In this document: positions 52,691 through 64,000 of the stretch, piece after piece | Layout of the letters: each line of letters begins with the position of its first letter | Position numbering within the stretch: position 1 is the stretch's first letter | The notes under the pieces: model-generated | What the model saw: the letters and a program-made list of their open reading frames with translations, nothing else | Database searches by the model: none | What the model was told of the DNA's origin: nothing | Program-made: the position numbers and the translations under genes | Assembly (NCBI GenBank): GCA_030264375.1 | Contig: JASCQW010000190.1 | Location: 105,488,429 to 105,552,428, forward strand | DNA length: 64,000 nt | Reading direction: 5' to 3' | DNA from: Carcharhinus longimanus | Taxonomy: Eukaryota

Positions 52691-52820
52691 ATTGGAATAA
52701 AGATGGGCTTTGAAAAGGGAAGAGTCCATTGGAAGCCATTGCGTTTAGCCTTTTCTAAAAATATCAGTGAACTTCACAGACAGGGCCAGACCACAAGAAT
52801 TTGGAAGAGAATGAATAAAA

Positions 52821-52860
52821 AGAGAGATAGATAGATAGATAAAGAGAGATAGAGAGAGAG
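52821..52860. repeat. (GATA)n/(GA)n microsatellite
   Basis: agagagatagatagatagataaagagagatagagagagag. Confidence 0.8.
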
Positions 52861-53859
52861 CACTAAAATATAGCAGCATGTCTATTGTTTAACACATGCG
52901 ATTTGGGTGAGAGCTTACATTGAAGAGACCAAATCCATGAGAGTTTAAACATAACTGGAAGATTCACCTAGCTTTGTCTTGTGGGAGGGATCGTGAATTT
53001 GTACCTCAGTGAAAAATATTCTGGGAGTGGAAGTTATCTGTTTAGCACAGAAAAAAGAAGCTCAGAATGGCTTTGGACTGGTTCCTAGATAATAGACTGC
53101 CTACTTGAGGGACAGAGTGAAATATTAAGGGAGATTTTTGATCATTTTTAAAGTTAAACGGAGCATCTTTTCTGCAGTTTAGAGTATGTGACCTACTGAA
53201 ATAATATTTTGTTGATGTTGCTTTTAGTTTGATTATTCTAGTAAGAGTCTTAAACTTTGAAATCTTGTAATCCTTTCAATCATTCACTGGTAGTTCGAAT
53301 TTATTTTCTAAAAAGGTATCAGGCACTAAAGAAATTCTAACAGTGGACACAAAGATTGGTTTTTTGTAAGACAACAGAAGATCATTAGGCCCAAGTGACA
53401 CTTAAGCAAAGAAACATTTTTTACTTGCGTCTTTCTTTGCTTTGAAGATTTTGATTTCCTACCACCCGTCCTTAGGGGAGGTGAACTGGAGAAAATTGAA
53501 CAAAGTTCTCATTACAAGCTGTACACATGCCCTTTGATTTTGAACTGGTTGAGGGAATACAAATAATAAAAAAAAAGCTTTTGAAGAAAAGAGCAAGTTA
53601 AATTTACTTTTTGGCCCTCAATTATCTTATACCCTAGAAATCTTGACTTTGTGTAATAGTCTAGGGCAGAGGATAGCAAATGGGCAGCTCATTTTACATC
53701 GCTCCCCATTTTAATTTCTGTGAGCTGCAAGAAAACTAATGAAGTTGCAAATTGAGCCATTGATTCACTGTGGTTCATTTTAAAAAAGTCAAAATTATCA
53801 AGGGATGAAGAACAACCTGTTTCATAATGCACTTTGAAATTTCAGTGTTAAAATAAGAA

Positions 53860-54082
53860 AGAGTGGGCGTCTGGAACTCCTTGCCAGGGGAGCTAATGGA
53901 AGCGGAAACGGTAATGACTTCTAAGAGGCACCTTGACAAGTACATGAATGAGATGGGAATAGAGGGATATGGTCCCTGGAAGCGTAGGGGGTTCTAGTTA
54001 AGTCAGGCAGCATGATTTGTGCAGGCTTGGAGGGCCGAAGGGTCTGTTCCTGTGCTGTAATTTTCTTTGTTCTTTGTTCTTA
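53860..54082 (+). mobile_element. CR1 LINE 3' end
   Basis: WNSLP-type end and gggccgaagggtctgttcctgtgctgtaa...ttctttgttctttgttc tail. Confidence 0.8.
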
Positions 54083-54744
54083 GTTAAAAAAAGGATCCCA
54101 ACCAATGGACTCCTCTCTCCGTGCAGTGCACAAGTCAGTCCCTTTCAGTTACCCTGTGTACAGGATGGACAAAAAGTTAATAAGACAGTGCGTGTAAATA
54201 AATCACCCAGGCATTCCGTAAAAATAGTCACAGAGAACATTGATCATAACCAATTGCGTTATTTTGCTATCATCAGATTTCCATAATGCACATGGATCAC
54301 CCTTATGGCTGTTTTCTGCCAGTTTATACCTATTCATTTGGGTATACACAACAGAATATTTATACTCATTCAAGCACACTCCAAAATGTTGGTAAATGTA
54401 CTATTCAAACATTTGCTTTGGGACCAGTTACCCACATCTCCCTGGAAATGAAAATGTTGTATTATGATATACAATTTGTCCACTTTTTAAATTGCTGTAT
54501 TCTCACCAAGTGATGCAAGAGGCAAGCAAATTGCACTTGAGCAGCAGCTTTGGTACAATTGAATTTGTAACTTGCATGTTTCTTTTATTCACTAATGGGA
54601 TGTCGCTATCAGTGACAAATACAACAATTACAGCCCTTTCCTAACTAACTTAATAAAATGGTAGTGAGCCATCTCTTGAATCACTGCAGTGCATCTGTTG
54701 TATGTATAGGGAGGGGGCTGCAGGATTTTGATACAAATAGGGAA

Positions 54745-56400
54745 ATTGGTGACATAGTGGTGATGTCCCTGACCCCAGAGGCCTAGATTAATGCTGGGGT
54801 AGGGGGTACGCAGGTTCAAATCCCACCATGGTAGCTGGTAGAATTTAAATTCAATTAATAAATTAAGAAATTAATAATGATAACTATAAAATTATTGTCA
54901 ATTGACATAAAACCTCATCTGGTTCATTGTTAGAGAAGGAAATCTGAAGTTCTTACCGGCTGTGGCCTACATGTGAATCCAGATCCACAACAATGTGGTT
55001 GACATTTAACAGTCCTCTAAAATCATAGAATCCTTACAGCACAGAAGGAGACCATTTGGCCCATCAAATCCACACTGACAATAATCCCACCCAGGCCCTA
55101 TCTCTATAACCCCACGTATTTATCTTGCTAATCTCCCTGACACCAAGGGCAATGTAGCATGGCCAATCAACATTAGTCGCACATCTTTGGACTGTGGGAG
55201 GAAACCAGAGCACCCAGAGAAAACTCATACAGACACAGGGAGAATGTGTAAACACCATACAGACAGTCACCTGAAGCCGGAATTGAACCCAGGTCCCTGG
55301 CGCTATGAGGCAGTAATGCTAACCACTGTGACACAATGCCACTCTGTCCTAGCAAGCTACTGAGTTGTATAAACCCACTACAAGTCAAAAAACAATAAAA
55401 TCAGACAAATCATCTGCCATTGACACAGACTTTAGAAGCAAGAATGAGAAATCCACCCTACAGGTCCTCCTTACTAGCATCTGGAGGATTGTGCTGAAAT
55501 TGGGAGAGCAATCCCACAGATTAATCAAGCAGCAGCCTGAAATTGCCATTCTCAACAAATCATATCTTAAAGACAATGATCATCCATCAATGATACACCA
55601 TCCCTGAGCATGTCCCATCCTACTAGCAGAACAGACCCACTAGAGGTGTCAGCATAGTGGTATATAGTTGGGAAGAAATTGTCCTAGGAGCCTTCAACAT
55701 ACATTGGATCCCATTCATTCTCATCACCCCTTGACATTCACTGCATTACCATTGCTGAATTACCCACTTTCAACATCCTGCAGAGTTGCCACTAACAAGA
55801 CATCGAACAGGATGGACAGATGTCAGAAGTAGGTTCTTTACTCAGAGAGTAGTAAGGGCGTGGAATGCCCTTCCTGCAATAGTAGTGGACTCGGAAATAT
55901 TAAAAGGGTCATTGGATAAGCATATGGATGATATTGGAATAGTGTAGGTTAGATGGGCTTTAGATTTGTTTCACAGGTCGGAGCAACCTTGAGGGCCAAA
56001 AGGCCTGTACTGGGCTGTAATGTTCTATGTTCTATATTCTATATAAATACTTTGGCTACAAGAGCAGGTCAGAGGCTGGGAGTTCAAATCACTAAGGCTC
56101 CTTCGAAAGCATCTTTCAAATCCGCGACCTCTTCCAGGTAGAAGGACAAGGACAGCAGATGGTTGGGAACACCATTATCTGCAAGTTCTCTTCCAAGTTT
56201 CACACCATCCTAACTTGGAATCATTTCACATTTCCTTTACAGCTGGGTCAAAATACAGGAGGAACTGTCCTAACAGCACTGTGGATGCACCTGCATCACA
56301 TGGACTGCAATTGAAGAAAGTAGCTCACCACCATCTTTTCAAGGGCAATTGGGGATGGGCAATAAATGCTGACCTAGCCAGCGACCCCCTGACCAAATAA
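54745..56400 (+). mobile_element. Internally deleted tRNA-headed LINE (APE endonuclease start, RT C-terminus, tail), interrupted by a V-SINE (55022-55340, -) and a CR1 tail (55820-56037, +)
   Basis: Head with B-box GGTTCAAATCCC; VLLTSIWRIVLKLGEQSHRLIKQQPEIAILNKSYL = APE N-terminus; tail ...aagggcaattggggatgggcaataaatgctg. Confidence 0.7.
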
Positions 56401-57796
56401 AAAAGACAATGGGCAGGATTTTCCACATAACTCACTGCGTTTTCAGCAGAGGCTTTGCTTGGCATTGAGAACCTCTGGTTCTGCCATTCCTGTTGAATGT
56501 ACCCCTCATTGCCAGGAATCCCATGGTGGTGCTGCATCATCAGTGGGATCTTCGAGTCCCGCCGGCATGAACGGCCAGAGAGTTCCAGCTAATCTAGGTT
56601 CGACGCAAGCTGAAAAATGGAAAAAAAACTCTTTTTAATTTTATGCAAGATCAACTCTATAATATTTAACTGCTCTCATCATCAGATCACAAAAAAAGTG
56701 GAAGATAGGAAAAACTCAGCTTGAAAAAAAAGCAATCCCTGTGATCAGAAATCAATGATGATGGTAATGGGCTCTGAAAGCTGGAATAATGGGATAACGG
56801 AGGATATTTTCTGCTCTTGGACATATTGAATGGTCTGAACACAGGGCAAAAGGAAATCGAATGAGAAGCATTGCACATCTGGAAGGAAGAGAAATCAAGC
56901 AAGCTCTCTTTCATTGATTTAAGTGGATAGGAGCCCAGACTCTTAGACTTTGAGCTATCACGTCTGCTTTTATATATCTGGTATATTCAGGCAATCCATT
57001 GGTCCCGGGCACATGAACAATAAATCTGCCCTGCACAATATGTGACGCTGTCAGACACTTCAGTGGGTTGGTGCAAAAACGAACAGGCAGAGGGGAGAAG
57101 TCAGAAATTGCAGCTTATTATTTCCCTGTTTAACAGGACCTAATAGCCATTAAATTTTGAATTGATTAACTTTCTGAAGAGTTTAGTAGCTTAACCTGGA
57201 CAATGCTTATCTCCTGGTGAGGATCACTAAAACCAGATTTTCAAGGCATGATTGCTTTGCTGTCCCTGGGAGCATGCCATGTGAAAATTGGCCACCTCAT
57301 TTTCTATATTGCAACTTCAAAAATGCCTCTTAAACTGTACAATGTTTTGGAAGCATTAAGGGAAGTGTAGACATCTTATGAGGGGAAGGGAAATAAAGGG
57401 TTATGTGGATAGCAGAAAGTCAGGAGGAGGACTGAGTGGAGCACAATTGTTGGCATTGAATTGTTGGGCCAAATGTGCCATATATCCTTTGTTACTGGTA
57501 GTCATTAAAGTTGCTATATATGTGCATATGTCTTCCTATGCATTGAAAGATCCATAGACAAACTTTATATTTTTGCCTACTGGTCTTAATGATACTGAAG
57601 TCAGCGAGGCTCCAGGTTATGAGAAGCATACCTACTCTGCATCTGGTATCATCTCCTGAAAGGTACATTTCAGCATTGCGGATCAGGCAAAGAGATCGAA
57701 ACAGGAGGTGAAACATCTGTTCCCCACAGAAGCCAGGGAGATTTTAGCTCCTGGCATTTACTATCCCTGACGGAAAATGTTCTGGGCTACTGCTCG

Positions 57797-58598
57797 CATG
57801 ATGTGGTGATGCCGACACTGGACTGGAGTAAACACAGTAAGAAATCTCACAACACCAGGTTAAAGTCCAATCGGTTTATTTGTTAGTAAATACCACTAGC
57901 TTTCGGGGTTTGCCCCTTCGTCAGGTGAGTAGGAATTCTGATCACAAACAAAGCATATAAAGGCACACACTCAGTCTACAGAATACTGATTAGCATGCGA
58001 GTCTTGACAGCTAATCAAGTCTTAAAGATGCAGACAATGCAAGTGGAGATATCATTAAGCATAGGTTAAAGAGATGTGTATTGCCTCCAGACAGGACAGT
58101 AAGTGAGATGTTGCAAGCTCAGGCAAGTCATGGGGGTTACAAATAGTGTGACATGAACCCAAGATCCCGGTTGAGGCCATCCTGATGTGTGCAGAATTTG
58201 GCTATCAGTTTCTGCTCAGTGACTCTGCGCTGTCATGTGTTGTGGAGGCCGCCTTGGTGAATGCTTACCCAAAGATCAGAGGCCGAATGCCCGTGACCAC
58301 TGAAGTATTCACCAACAGGAAGAGAACAGTCTTGCCTGGTGATTGTCGAGTGGTATTCATTTATCCATTGTCATAGCGTCTGCATGGTCTCCCGAATGTA
58401 CCATGCCTCAGGACACCCTTTCCTGCAGCGTATCAGGTAGACAACATTAGCGGAGTTGCAAGAGTACGTGCCGTGTACTTGGTGGATGGTGTTCTCACGT
58501 GAGATGATGCCATCTGTGCCAATGATCCGGCATATCTTGCAGAGGTTGCTGTGGCAGGGTTGTGTGGTGTCGTGGTCACTGTTCTCCTGAAGGCTGGG
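57797..58598 (-). mobile_element. Penelope-like retroelement family A, 3' part (GIY-YIG endonuclease, hammerhead, 3' end)
   Basis: PCHSNLCKICRII...SANVVYLIRCRKGCPEAWYIRET = Cys-flanked GIY-YIG domain; ends ...CCACATCATG; truncated by a 100-N gap. Confidence 0.9.
57893..57928 (-). ncRNA. Minimal type I hammerhead ribozyme, identical to 62625-62660
   Basis: ccactagctttcggggtttgccccttcgtcaggtga is the exact reverse complement; lies about 200 nt 3' of the Penelope GIY-YIG ORF stop on the same strand. Confidence 0.85.
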
Positions 58599-58698
58599 NN
58601 NNNNNNNNNNNNNNNNNNNNNNNNNNNNNNNNNNNNNNNNNNNNNNNNNNNNNNNNNNNNNNNNNNNNNNNNNNNNNNNNNNNNNNNNNNNNNNNNNN

Positions 58699-58990
58699 TA
58701 TCTCATTCCATCTCGTCATTGTTTGAGATCCGACCCATTACGATAGTGTCATCAGCAAACTTAAATTGAGTTGGAGAAAATTTTGGCCATACGGTCACAG
58801 ATGTATAAGGAGTATAGTAAGGGGCTGAGGATACAGCTTTGTGCTGCACCGGTGTGGAGGAGGTGTTGTTGTCTATCCTTACTGGTTGCGGTCTGTGGTT
58901 AGGAAGTTCAGGATCCAGTTGCAGAGGAAGGAGGCGAGCCCCAGGCCACGGAGTTTGGAGATGCGATTCGTAGGAATAACGGTGTTGTGC
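58699..58990 (-). mobile_element. Rex1/Babar LINE RT fragment
   Basis: SKLRGLGLASFLCNWILNFLT, LSPLLYSLY, KFADDTIVMGRISNNDE. Confidence 0.8.
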
Positions 58991-59680
58991 AAATATGTTT
59001 TTCCTTTTACATTTAACACTGCTTTAGTTAAACTCGGATGACGGGCCCTCCACTTAGAATATTTCTTTCTCATTAGAATGTGTCTATTTTGAAATATCCC
59101 TTTAAACTTCTCCCAAACCTCTAGTGACCACCCTGTAAGCATTTGCCAGTTCACACTCGCTAGCTCTGCTTCATGCCCTTCTTAATTGTCCTTATTTAAG
59201 TTTAAAATACTAGACTTGGATGCACTCTTTTCTTCACCAAACAGTGTAAAATTCAGTCATACCATCGTTGCTACACAACTATGATATTGATTAATCCTAT
59301 CTCATTTGCATAATACCAGGTCCAGTATAGCCTGTCCTTTGGTTGGCTCCAAAACATGGTGTTCTAAGAAACTGCTGAAAACATTCTACGAACTCCTCTA
59401 TATTACTGTTGATTTTCCTAATCTGCATGTAGATTAAAATCTATATGTAAATTAAATTGATTATTGTACCTTTCTGACAAGCTCCCATTATCTTTTATTT
59501 CATACTCTGTCTTACTGTGTGGTTACCATTAGTGGGTCTGTACACCACTCCCAACAGTGACTACTTTAAAATTTCTCCTGTCAACTCAAACTGCTTTTAT
59601 ATCCTGGTTTCTTGAACTTGGGTCATCCCACTGTAATGTGCTAATACCATAATTAATTAATAGAGCTATCTCCACTTTTT
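58990..59680 (-). mobile_element. CR1 LINE internal fragment, decayed
   Basis: NWQMLTGWSLEVWEKFK, CR1 ORF2-like endonuclease-RT tether. Confidence 0.6.
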
Positions 59681-60443
59681 CTTAACCCACAGTGCTCGCA
59701 CTGTGATGCACAGAACACACATGTTTAGTGATGAAAACTTCAGTAGACTCAAAATGGATTACATGAGTGCTATGCCACCCATTTTTAAAATTTTATGATT
59801 TCATAATTTCATAATAATGCCTTTCCAACATTGTTTCTCCCTGTATGCTGTGCACTTTTATTAGATTTTATAAGAAATCAAATAGGCTAGTAAAATTAAA
59901 GTTCTCTTAATAATCAATAACTGACCTACATAATAAAAAAAGTACGTTATAAACCCTGAGTATCATTTACAAAAAATTCAATTTACTGGCTGCTTTGTTG
60001 AATGCACAAGCTTTCTATAATACTTATCTTAGTGTTGAAATCATGCATCCTAATTCTGTTGCACAAACACTAAACAACATCTAGAATCTTAAGTGGCCAT
60101 TCATTCATTGTGAGCCTTGACAGGGAATGTTATCAGGTTATTTGACTGGAAGAGCACTAGTTCCACAGTTGTTACTATCTTGTGCTTTCTTCATGCAAAT
60201 GTGGAGTATGAGCCTGCACTGTCTGGGGTGACATAGAATGTACTACTGAAAGCTGAAACTGCATTTTTGAGCAAGTTTCTGCAAGGCTGGGAAATGTCCC
60301 GAGCATATGTTGCACTGAAGATGTAAGAGTGTTGGTCAGATAAAAATCACCAAAATGCTCATCCATGACTAGCTTTAACAATTGAGTAAGTTTCTCAATA
60401 AACAGTCTCTGAACTTCATTTTCAGGATTTTGTTTGCTGAGTC

Positions 60444-60647
60444 ATGGCATACAGGAGACCAGAAAAGTCATGTGAACAAGCATTTGAATGTCTGAGAGTG
60501 CAGGAATACGAACTGGCAGCAAAGTACTGTACAGAAGCGCTCATCACCCTTAGCAACCCTTCCATCACCACCACATCATGCCAGCCAGAACTGGATCGTA
60601 TTCGAATTGAAAGTCTTCTCTACAGGATAGCCTGCTTCTTGCAACTT
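60444..60647 (+). CDS. HELZ: First coding exon of helicase with zinc finger (HELZ), 68 codons
   Basis: Translation MAYRRPEKSCEQAFECLRVQEYELAAKYCTEAL...RIRIESLLYRIACFLQL matches the recalled human HELZ N-terminus ([34 protein letters not shown]...RIKIESLLYRIASFLQL). Acceptor ttcattttcag ends 60425, 18 nt of UTR precede the ATG, phase-0 donor gtgagt at 60648. Confidence 0.93.
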
Positions 60648-62600
60648 GTGAGTAATGTTCTTTGTTCTAGCAACATACAGGGTATAGTAAAAGGCTGGAC
60701 TAAGTGGAAGATGTTAGTTAGTTCTTGCCACTTCAATGTCTAGGTTACACTGTTAAAGCTAAAATCTTGTTGGAGCATTACTTGATTTGCAACAGTTGTT
60801 TTTGATTAGAGTCCTGAATGTGATTACTTTCCAAACTACCACGTGGTTTAGGACTGTGTTGTTGAACTCCAAGTGCTGAACAACAGAATTATTGCATGCA
60901 GAAAAGTGTTTCTGCACTTCAAGCATGGCCAATTGTTGAGTTGCAATTCCAAAACCAAAGGCGTTATAAAGACAGGAGAATATTAGCTTAGTGTTTGCCT
61001 CTGATAAGTCCGCTGATTTCTTTGAATTTGCTCGCTGGGTCTGCATAATAATAGCACAACCCAGAGACTAGTTTTTCATTATATGTGGCAGAATTGTTCC
61101 AAAGCAGGATGCAAACTAAAATGCTTTAGGTCTCTTTACTGTCTCAGCACAAGTTTCAGGAATGAGATGTTCTGTATTGATCTGATATCACTGTTGTAGT
61201 AATTTTTACAGTGCTGGCTTGAGGGCAATTAGAGATGAGCAGTAAATGCTGGCCTTAAGAACAACTTCTCTTTCCCATGAAAGAAGAAAAAAGGTGCTAA
61301 TTAGACTTTCTATTTCTCATTTTGGTTTTAAAAATGCATTATGAATCAGCAAACCAGTGTTCAAATGGGGAGTGTAGTTTTTTTAAGCATAATTACTAAA
61401 CCAGGCAATAGCTTCCCAGTGGTTAAAAGGAGCTATCCAAGCCCTATGCTAACTGTTGTGAGGGGGCAGTCTTCAATGATGTATGTCATTGATTGGAATG
61501 CACTACAGCTGCAGCCCGGGCTCTCTGCAAGGTAAGGTTCCGGTTGTCCCCATTTTAGTGCTGAGCTCGCTGATCTTAACTGGTATGTTAATAGGGGTCA
61601 GGGTGGGCTCAAAACCACAGGATTAAAAAGAGGTAAATTGTTCAGTTCCCCTTTCTTAATCTCGGTCTGAAGACTGGCGAGGAATACATATATTTGGATG
61701 CCACGTAATGATAGGGAACAGTCTCATAAAACTCACTAAAATCCAATGAGTATGATCGCCCATTCCGCATGAGCTTTCATAAAAAAGTTTGAGTAGTTTG
61801 TAAGAAATTTTGAACACTTGATTTTGTATTTGGCTCAATCTGTTGGTACTTTTGGCTGACTGGTGCTCACTGCTTTTTAAATCTATAGTGGTTATCTTTT
61901 AAAAAATTTAAAAGTACTGTATTTTGCAGTCCGCTTAATTTAGAAAGGAATATTGGAATGATAGCGTGACCAGCAATCCTAAAATGAGCTGCATTCAAGC
62001 AAATCTGATCAGAAGCTATCTTGCTATAGTGAATTGAACTGATTATAACATTCAGTTTGGGCTGGTTTTGAAAAGTTGCTGTCAAGCAGTGGCTGCAATC
62101 CTGTGTGATTATTTAGTAATATTACGCATTCAAATCGCATCTAGTACAGTACACAGTGTTCAATTTTCAAAATGTTTTTGTAAATCAATCAAGTGTGGGG
62201 TAAACTAGTGTAACAGCATTCACTGTCTAAATCATACTGACTATTTCAGCACCTCATATGCAGACTGAGTATCTCACACAGGACAGAGGAGGCATAGGAA
62301 CTGTGGTGGTGCAGTGCGTACAGTAACGTTGTAGTTGAACTCCTAACGCACAAATGTTGCATCAAGTACCTAAAATCTATGAGCTTTAAACCGTTCTTAT
62401 CCAGTTGTGCTGCAATGTTGTTGCGGTCTTTGGGACTTGTGAAGATAGTGGCAACACAAAAGTAAACTTGCTGGATTTGTTGAGCATTGTCTGAAACACC
62501 CAGGTTTTATATATAAATTTGAAATTTTCTAGCCACAGATCTTAGTGTAAAAAAATCTGGAATTAAACACTGGAATTAAAAAATTAGTTTCAGTAAACAG

Positions 62601-62717
62601 CTTGTTTGTAATCAGAACTCCCACTCACCTGACGAAGGGGCAAACCCCGAAAGCTAGTGGCGTTTACTACCAAATAAACCTGTTGGACTTTTACCTGGTG
62701 TTGTGAGACTTCTTACT
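62601..62717 (+). mobile_element. Penelope family A 3' fragment in the HELZ intron
   Basis: Same 3' sequence as the 57797-57950 copy, including the intact hammerhead. Confidence 0.85.
62625..62660 (+). ncRNA. Minimal type I hammerhead ribozyme (Penelope-associated), intact core
   Basis: TCAC-CTGACGA-A-GGGG-CAAA-CCCC-GAAA-GC-TA-GTGG: CUGANGA and GAAA boxes, 4-bp stem II, palindromic AGCU stem III, NUH=CUA, stem I UCAC/GUGG. Confidence 0.85.
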
Positions 62718-63355
62718 TCTGCTGGCAGACAGGAGTCAAAATTTATAGAGAGAGTTGGGAAGGGGAGAGGATGGTCAGGATGCTGCCAAGAAATATTAGA
62801 TAAATCATGAATGAGGTGGGGGGGGAGGGGATTGCAAATCCATGATCAAGGTGAGGAGAGAAGAGAGAATTCTGGAGGAGAAGGTCAAAGCATTCTTGCG
62901 AAACCAGGAGAAGTGCTCTGCATTGCCTGGTCAATAAGGAATCTTTTGAAATAAAATTGAATTAAATTAAGCTGACTTGGTCTCCTGTGGCTAAGATCTG
63001 AGCACAGGATTCAGACCGTCAAGCCATTGGGCTGTTAAAATGGCACCTGCCCCCAATGATGTGATTAAGATGTTACTTTGAGAAACTCTGCTTCACGATT
63101 CTTGTTCTCATATTTCAGGGCAATTATAGAGGCATTAGTGAAGGCGCAGGAAAGATTCACATGGGTGACAGTCAATATAGCCAATAAAAAAGGTGGAATA
63201 GACTGGGACTGAATGACATGATAGATATCTTTAAACCTTGAGAGGATTACATTGGTAACTAGCTAAAATGTTTTCAATTGCGGGAACACCAGAACTCGGG
63301 TTCATAAATATAAGATCATCCCTATTAAATCCAGTAAGGAATGCAGGGAAACAAA

Positions 63356-63668
63356 GAGGCGATAGCACACTGAACTAGTAACCTAGAGACCCAGGGTAAA
63401 GCTCTGGGGATCCAGATACAAATCCCACCATGGCAGATGGTGAAATTTGAATTCAATAAAATCTGGAATTAAAAGTTTACTCATTCCCAGACATTAATTG
63501 TCAGTAAAACCCATCTGGTTCACTAATGTCCTTCAGTGAAGGAAATCTGTTGTCCTACATGTGACTCCAGACCCACAGCAATGTGGTTGAGCCTTAAATG
63601 CCCTCAGGGATGGGCAATAAATGCTGGCCCAGCTAATGATGCCCACATCCCATAAATGAAAAAAAAAT
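63356..63668 (+). mobile_element. tRNA-derived SINE (second family) nested in a CR1 fragment
   Basis: Head and body homologous to 54745-55020 fused to the gggatgggcaataaatgctggccc tail and an A-run; partial copies near 19400-19630 and 47320-47450. Confidence 0.8.
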
Positions 63669-64000
63669 AAATGGATGGTTAGAATGTGGAATTCACTATC
63701 ACAAGAATTGGTTGAGGTATAGATACACTTCAGAGGAAGCTCAATAAGGACATGAGGGGAAAAAGGATCAGGAGGTTATGCTAATGTGTTTAGCTGGGTA
63801 GAGCATAAACACTACATAAAGCCATTTCGGCTGCTAGGATGGCTTAGGCTTCTTGCTGAACATTCCCTGGCTGTTATTCAAGGGAAAAAAGACTCATAAT
63901 GACCTCTATAAGACAATGGAAATAACTATGGAGGAGGAGGAGGCCATTCAGCCCACTGTGACTATGCCAGCTTCATCCTGAGCCACCTTCTCTAACCCCA

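Noticed and set aside
51314-53342. Solo LTR (TGTTA...TAACA ends)
   Set aside because: No target-site duplication and no second copy in the window to confirm.
36201-60647. TNMD-like exon 2 spliced to HELZ as a membrane-anchored fusion
   Set aside because: The phase-0 join reads GAT TTT GTT TGC TGA, a stop before the HELZ ATG, and it spans two 100-N gaps.
60648-60743. Extension of the HELZ ORF to 99 aa
   Set aside because: Read-through into the intron past the gtgagt donor.
10994-62717. Recurring gtaagaagtctcacaacaccaggttaaagtccaac motif as a CRISPR-like repeat
   Set aside because: Dispersed, in both orientations, no spacers; it is the Penelope family A 3' end.

Overview
Vertebrate nuclear DNA, almost certainly from a shark. 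It is dominated by HE1-type V-SINEs, CR1 LINEs, Penelope-like elements (PLEs), MITE-like inverted-repeat elements, a Rex1/Babar fragment and a decayed Gypsy. It is a draft assembly with many N runs, four of them exactly 100 N (9934, 31898, 40522, 58599), which may join unrelated contigs. Recognisable host coding sequence is the first coding exon of HELZ (60444-60647, +) and the first two coding exons of a tenomodulin/chondromodulin-family gene (36201-36576, +). The most notable structured signal is a set of minimal type I hammerhead ribozyme motifs at the 3' ends of three PLE families: two intact identical copies (57893-57928 -, 62625-62660 +), decayed copies with covarying stem II, and fold-back derivatives that turn around within the ribozyme. 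Also present are a tRNA-headed LINE with its internally deleted SINE derivative, V-SINEs with two alternative tails, a 2.5 kb decayed coding-like segment, and several orphan candidate exons. Family names come from recall, not database searches, and repeat boundaries are approximate.
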